The notes under the pieces were generated by a model. It did not search any database. It worked only from the letters and a program-made list of their open reading frames with translations, and was not told the DNA's origin. Below are positions 54,943 to 59,351 of a stretch of DNA of 59,351 nucleotides, piece by piece; position 1 is the first letter of the stretch, and each line of letters opens with the position of its first letter. The stretch covers positions 375,287 through 434,637 of the forward strand of contig JBAZMP010000001.1 of the NCBI GenBank assembly GCA_041649715.1, written 5' to 3'. Made by a program: the position numbers and the translations under genes. The DNA comes from Patescibacteria group bacterium (GTDB lineage: Bacteria; Patescibacteriota; Patescibacteriia; JAXHNJ01).

Positions 54943-55389
54943 ATGAAAGTAATTCTTCAAAAAGAGATAAAAAATTTGGGTAAAGAAGGCGATCTCAAAC
55001 AGGTATCAGATGGTTACGCTCGCAATTACCTGATTCCGCGCGGTTTAGCCGAGCCCGCCACCCCCTCAAAGATCAATATCGTCCGAGGTAAACAGAAAAA
55101 AGCCTCGGAAAAAGAAAAAAGGGCCCAGAAACGTTTTAAAGAGACCGCCGATAAATTAAAAATTAAAATCCTTGAATTCAAAAAGAAGGCCAATGAGGCC
55201 GGGCACCTTTTCGCCGGTTTGCATGCCGCAGAAATAATTGCTAAAATAGAAGCGGAGACCGGCGTGAAGCTCAAGGATGGAAGCCTAGAACTTGCTGAAC
55301 CGCTAAAAAAAATCGGTCCGGCGGTCATAAGGGTGAAATTAAGTCCTCAAAATCAGATTGATTTGCCGATTAATATTCTAAAGGAATGA
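54943..55389 (+). CDS. rplI: 50S ribosomal protein L9
   Basis: MKVILQKEIKNLGKEGDLKQVSDGYARNYLIPRGLA is the canonical L9 N-domain. The ORF track start at 54931 adds 4 residues. Confidence 0.9.
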   Translation: MKVILQKEIKNLGKEGDLKQVSDGYARNYLIPRGLAEPATPSKINIVRGKQKKASEKEKRAQKRFKETADKLKIKILEFKKKANEAGHLFAGLHAAEIIAKIEAETGVKLKDGSLELAEPLKKIGPAVIRVKLSPQNQIDLPINILKE

Positions 55390-57020
55390 AGAATAAAAAC
55401 CAAACAAAATACATTTTTGTCATGGGCGGGGTTCTCTCCGGTTTGGGTAAGGGCATTGCCGTTTCTTCCATCGCCATGCTTTTGAAAAGCAGGGGCTATC
55501 GGACTACCGCCATCAAGATCGACCCTTATGTCAATGTGGATGCGGGAACCATGAATCCGACCGAACACGGCGAGGTTTTTGTGACCAAGGACGGTCTGGA
55601 AACCGATCAAGACCTTGGCAATTACGAACGTTTTTTGGGGGAAGAATTGAGCCGGGCTAATTATATGACCACGGGCTCAGTTTATCAGTCGGTTATCCAG
55701 GCGGAAAGAAATTTGCAGTACAAGGGAAAATGCGTGGAAGTGGTGCCTCATATACCGGATGAAGTCATCCGCCGTTTTAATGTCCTGGCCCGTCAGTCAA
55801 AAGCGGAGATCATGATTATTGAGATCGGCGGAACGGTGGGGGAATACCAAAATGTTTTGTTTCTGGAAACAGGCCGGATGCTGCAGTTGCGTTATCCCGG
55901 CTGCGTTCAATTCGTTTTGGTCAGTTATCTTCCCATCCCGAATAAGATCGGAGAAATGAAGACCAAGCCGACCCAATACGCCGTCCGCACGCTTAATGCC
56001 TCTGGTATCCAGCCGGATTTTATTTTGTGCCGAGGCGAAAAACCTCTTGATCAGCCCCGCAAGGAAAAAATCTCCTACAACTGTAACATGAAGCCGGAAG
56101 ATATCATTTCGGCGGTCGACGTTGATTCAATTTATGAAGTGCCCCTTAATTTTGAAAAAGAAAAACTGGCCAGCAAAATACTATTTAAGTTCGGTTTGAA
56201 GGAAAAACGCAATGATTTAAGGGAATGGAAAAAAATGTTCAGACTGTCTCGCCTGACGAAAAAAACCGTTAAAATTGGAATTGTGGGGAAATATTTCGGG
56301 ATCGGCAGCTATGTCCTGGCGGATTCCTATATCTCGGTTATCGAGGCTATAAAGCACGCCGCCTGGTCAAATTCTGCCAAGCCGGAGCTGACCTGGATTA
56401 ACGCCGAGGAACTGGAAAAATCCCCGGTAAAGGTCAAGGAACTGAAGAATTATGACGGTCTGGTTGTGCCTCAGGGTTGGGGGTCACGCGGTTCTGAGGG
56501 AAAGATAAGGGCCATTCGCTATGCCCGAGAGAACAAAATTCCCTACCTGGGTTTATGCTACGGGATGCAGATGGCGGTGATTGAATTCGCGAGGAACGTC
56601 GCCAAAATGGCCCGCGCTAATTCGCTGGAAGCGGATCCCAAGACTCCCTATCCGGTCATTCATATCATGCCCGATCAAGCGGAATATCTGAAAAAGAAGC
56701 AATATGGCGGCACTATCCGTCTGGGCAACTGGCCGTGTACCCTTATTAAGGGGACAAAAGTGGCCGCCGCTTACGCCGGCCAAAAAAATATACAGGAAAG
56801 ACATCGGCATCGTTATGAATTTAATAATTTGTACCGGAAAAAATTTGAAAGTTTGGGGCTGATAATTTCGGGAACTTCGCCGGACGGCAAACTAGTTGAG
56901 GCGGTTGAATTAAAGAATCATCCCTTTTTTGTCGGCGTGCAGTTTCATCCCGAATATAAATCTTCTCCCTTAAACCCGCATCCACTTTTTCGAAGTTTCA
57001 TAAAAGCTTGCCTAAAATAA
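55386..57020 (+). CDS. pyrG: CTP synthase
   Basis: KYIFVMGGVLSGLGKGI, DPYVNVDAGTMNP.EHGEVFVT.DG.ETDQDLGNYERF, the GATase block GLCYGMQ, and HRHRYE. Confidence 0.97.
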   Translation: MKNKNQTKYIFVMGGVLSGLGKGIAVSSIAMLLKSRGYRTTAIKIDPYVNVDAGTMNPTEHGEVFVTKDGLETDQDLGNYERFLGEELSRANYMTTGSVYQSVIQAERNLQYKGKCVEVVPHIPDEVIRRFNVLARQSKAEIMIIEIGGTVGEYQNVLFLETGRMLQLRYPGCVQFVLVSYLPIPNKIGEMKTKPTQYAVRTLNASGIQPDFILCRGEKPLDQPRKEKISYNCNMKPEDIISAVDVDSIYEVPLNFEKEKLASKILFKFGLKEKRNDLREWKKMFRLSRLTKKTVKIGIVGKYFGIGSYVLADSYISVIEAIKHAAWSNSAKPELTWINAEELEKSPVKVKELKNYDGLVVPQGWGSRGSEGKIRAIRYARENKIPYLGLCYGMQMAVIEFARNVAKMARANSLEADPKTPYPVIHIMPDQAEYLKKKQYGGTIRLGNWPCTLIKGTKVAAAYAGQKNIQERHRHRYEFNNLYRKKFESLGLIISGTSPDGKLVEAVELKNHPFFVGVQFHPEYKSSPLNPHPLFRSFIKACLK

Positions 57021-57060
57021 AATCACCCCACATTGTTAATTATGTAAAAAGGGTGATTTT
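57021..57060. terminator. hairpin between convergent pyrG and rpmA (possible bidirectional terminator)
   Basis: AATCACCC...GGGTGATT with an inner ACAT/ATGT pairing, followed by TTTT on the plus strand and preceded by AAAA. Confidence 0.45.
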
Positions 57061-57071
57061 TAAGTTATAAT

Positions 57072-57350
57072 TTATTTTGTCGTAATCGAGACCACTTTGA
57101 CCTTTTCCAGTTTCCCGTTGAACTTCCTGACCTTTTTTTGCGCAAAGGAAACCTTGCCTGGAATTTTAGCGTAAAGAGAATCATCATTTGCCCGGGCTAC
57201 GTTTTTGCCCGGTCTATACTTAGTTCCTCTCTGTCGGATGATGATTTGACCAGGATAGGCTTTTGCCCCGTCGTGTATCTTTACGCCCAGTCTTTGGCTG
57301 GCCGAATCGCGGCCAAGGGCGGTTGAGCCGCCGGCTTTTTTATGAGCCAT
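57072..57350 (-). CDS. rpmA: 50S ribosomal protein L27
   Basis: MAHKKAGGSTALGRDSASQRLGVK...GQIIIRQRGTKYRPGKNV is the canonical L27 sequence. Confidence 0.95.
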   Translation of the reverse strand: MAHKKAGGSTALGRDSASQRLGVKIHDGAKAYPGQIIIRQRGTKYRPGKNVARANDDSLYAKIPGKVSFAQKKVRKFNGKLEKVKVVSITTK

Positions 57351-57458
57351 ATTAATTAAATGATTGATTAATGATTTTTCTTTATTCTAAAGCATTATTT
57401 TCTTATTGTCAAGAATTATTATATTCTCTATAATTAATTTGATTATTATTATAATAAT

Positions 57459-58646
57459 ATGAAGAATATATATTTTGATCATGCCGCTACCACCCCGGTT
57501 GATTCGCGGGTCTTTAAAGCGATGCTGCCGTATTTCAGCCAAAAGTTTGGCAATCCTTCTTCTTTACACAATTTTGGCCAAGAAACGGCCCAAGCGGTTT
57601 CCACGGCTAGGCTTAAGGTCGCTAAATTTTTAGGGTCGGACCCCGCGGAGATAATCTTTACTTCCGGCGCGACGGAAAGCGATAATTTAGCGATTCAAGG
57701 TCTTGCCAGGGTAATGGGGGCCAAAGGTGGACGCCGAATTATTACTTCTTCGATAGAACACCCCGCGGTAAAGGAAACCTGCCAAGCCTTAAAAAAAGAA
57801 GGTTTTGAAGTGATAGAATTGCCGGTTGACGCCTACGGCATCGTTAGAATGGGGGAATTTAAAAAAGCGGTTACCCCCCAAACTTTTTTAGTTACTCTCA
57901 TGTACGTCAATAACGAAACCGGCAGCCTGCAACCGATTGCAGCCATCGGCCGTTATCTCGCCCAAATTAACCGAAAAAGAAAAGCCATGGGTTTGAATAA
58001 GATATATTTTCACACTGATGCCGTCCAGGCCGTTAACCTCTTTGATTGCCAAGTTGATCATTTACAGGTGGACCTTCTCTCTCTTTCTGGCCATAAGATC
58101 TACGGTCCTAAGGGAGTCGGCGCCTTGTATGTGAGAAAAGGGACGCCGCTTCAACCGATTCAATTCGGCGGGCATCATGAACGGAATCTAAGACCCGGGA
58201 CGATCAACTCGCCTCTTATCGTCGGTTTGGGTGAAGCAATCGAAATAGCGGGTAAAAACCAAAAACGCGATTATAAGAATTTAAAGAAACTTAGCGATCG
58301 GATAATAAACTTTATCATTAAGAATATTAGCGGCGTAAAATTGAACGGTGACTTGCAGAAAAGGTCCCCGTCTCATATTGATTTGACCTTCAATAACGTT
58401 GAAGGGGAAAGTTTGCTTTTGCTGCTTGATCAAAAGGGGATTGCCGTTTCCACGGGCTCGGCCTGCGCTTCGGGTTCCCTGCAACCTTCTTATGTTTTGA
58501 GGGCTCTGGGGTTACCGCCGGAAAGGTGTCACGGTAGCATTAGAGTGTCTTTGGGCCGTGAAAACACAGAGGTTGAAGTTAACTATTTTTTGAAGGTTTT
58601 GCCCCGGATAATAAAAAAAATAAGGGCGAGATCGCCCTTAAAGTAA
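57459..58646 (+). CDS. cysteine desulfurase (class V aminotransferase, NifS/IscS-like)
   Basis: IYFDHAATTPVD, FTSGATESDNLAI, SGHKIYGPKGVGALYVR (PLP Lys) and the catalytic-Cys loop GSACASG. Confidence 0.9.
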   Translation: MKNIYFDHAATTPVDSRVFKAMLPYFSQKFGNPSSLHNFGQETAQAVSTARLKVAKFLGSDPAEIIFTSGATESDNLAIQGLARVMGAKGGRRIITSSIEHPAVKETCQALKKEGFEVIELPVDAYGIVRMGEFKKAVTPQTFLVTLMYVNNETGSLQPIAAIGRYLAQINRKRKAMGLNKIYFHTDAVQAVNLFDCQVDHLQVDLLSLSGHKIYGPKGVGALYVRKGTPLQPIQFGGHHERNLRPGTINSPLIVGLGEAIEIAGKNQKRDYKNLKKLSDRIINFIIKNISGVKLNGDLQKRSPSHIDLTFNNVEGESLLLLLDQKGIAVSTGSACASGSLQPSYVLRALGLPPERCHGSIRVSLGRENTEVEVNYFLKVLPRIIKKIRARSPLK

Positions 58647-58672
58647 ATTTTTATCAAAGATTGACCTTTTTT

Positions 58673-58939
58673 CTAAAAAGGGTTGTTTAAATTATTAATA
58701 TTTTTGTCAGATGCTTTTCTGGCGTGATCACGCTCTATTACTTGATCGTAAGCTGACTGATCAATTTTTTGTTCACGGGAAACAATCTTGGAGGGATCAA
58801 TCGGATTATTTCTAATTTGCATGAAGATAAAGATCAGATCCGAAACCAGGACGATTAAAAATATGCCGAAAATGAGCGGGAAAAAATACTTTTTTAGGAA
58901 GTTTGTAATTATGGCGGTGTTTAAAGCGATTTTTATCAT
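58673..58939 (-). CDS. small hypothetical membrane-anchored protein
   Basis: One TM helix (YFFPLIFGIFLIVLVSDLIFIF). The ATG at 58939 lies 5 nt after the upstream stop. The longer ORF to 58978 would overlap the upstream gene by 35 nt. Confidence 0.45.
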   Translation of the reverse strand: MIKIALNTAIITNFLKKYFFPLIFGIFLIVLVSDLIFIFMQIRNNPIDPSKIVSREQKIDQSAYDQVIERDHARKASDKNINNLNNPF

Positions 58940-58943
58940 AAAT

Positions 58944-59351
58944 TTATTGCCAATATGTTTTTGCCTGGAGAGTGGCATTTACCGGCTGCGCGGTGGTGGA
59001 AACGGCATATTTTAAGGAGAAAATTTTAACATAATAGTCGAGTGATTCCAGGTCTTTTAGGTAGCTCAAGATGTTCAGGTATTCACCATTAAGCTGGATG
59101 TTGATATTTATTTCTGACACATTTTCGGTGTTGGGGGAATCAAGGGTATAATTTTGGGTCAGGTTATTTCGTTGGGCTAAGCCTTCAATATCTTTAAAAA
59201 AGTTTACTTGGTTAGCCGAAGAAAGTGTCATTTTTTCAATGACCTCTTTTTTTTGAAGGACAAGTTCATAGTCCTTTTGTTGAGTGGATATATTTTCCGA
59301 TTTATTTTTTATTATTTCCAGGGCGATTTTTTGCTCATCTATCTGATCTTT
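58944..59351 (-). CDS. PilO-like pilus assembly protein, 5'-partial (frame open to window end)
   Basis: The frame stays open from 59231 to 59351 (KDQIDEQKIALEIIKNK... coiled coil). The C-terminal part is LNILSYLKDLESLDYYVKIFSLKY, resembling PilO. The assignment is tentative. Confidence 0.4.
   Translation of the reverse strand, partial: KDQIDEQKIALEIIKNKSENISTQQKDYELVLQKKEVIEKMTLSSANQVNFFKDIEGLAQRNNLTQNYTLDSPNTENVSEININIQLNGEYLNILSYLKDLESLDYYVKIFSLKYAVSTTAQPVNATLQAKTYWQ

Noticed and set aside
1-59351. Alternative genetic code (UGA read as Gly or Trp, as in some candidate phyla)
   Set aside because: Many well-recognised genes end exactly at TGA with the expected length. Examples are murA at 53654..53656 and the GT2 at 7257..7259, which overlaps the next ATG. 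No conserved protein requires TGA read-through.
1-59351. CRISPR arrays, rRNA genes, integrases or transposases
   Set aside because: No regularly spaced direct repeats were seen. No rRNA-like conserved stretches and no recombinase-like ORFs were found. The only mobile-element trace is the decayed GIY-YIG element.

Overview
Low-GC bacterial chromosome segment read with the standard code (TGA is a working stop). Several traits suggest a Patescibacteria/CPR-like organism, though this is inference only: compact overlapping genes, a small decayed GIY-YIG element, a PEGA-domain protein and a pilus assembly gene. About 1.8-43 kb is one very large, compositionally mosaic cell-surface glycan locus in three transcriptional blocks (+ 1831-15570, - 15557-31927, + 31994-43084). 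It holds about 9 glycosyltransferases (GT2, GT4, one GT-C/PMT-like) and a GtrA-like protein. It also holds a Wzx-type flippase fused to a GT4 domain and several nucleotide-sugar enzymes: UDP-glucuronate decarboxylase-like, HexNAc-type 6-dehydrogenase, WecB, a 4-epimerase-like SDR, and RfbB/RfbD/RfbC-like. Tailoring genes include an AsnB-like amidotransferase, two CapK/PaaK-like adenylating enzymes, a CapA-like metallophosphoesterase, a heparinase II/III-like protein, a two-domain oxidoreductase, three SAM methyltransferases and an MBOAT plus SGNH O-acylation pair. SAM-cycle genes (metK, ahcY, a PfkB kinase) are embedded in the locus. A decayed GIY-YIG element sits directly in front of rfbB. 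At 43.9-50.2 kb, kbl and an SDR-type tdh are convergent and separated by a membrane-anchored zinc metalloprotease and a GC-richer ~1.7 kb island. That island carries two paralogous ~280-320 nt structured RNAs on the minus strand. Each has its own sigma70-like promoter, a helix pairing its 5' and 3' ends, and an intrinsic terminator, and together they bracket two small orphan genes. I cannot assign these RNAs to any family I know, and they are the most interesting feature here. The last 9 kb is housekeeping: rfbA-like, murA, S41 protease, rplI, pyrG, rpmA, a cysteine desulfurase and a partial PilO-like gene. No CRISPR array, rRNA or canonical tRNA was seen.
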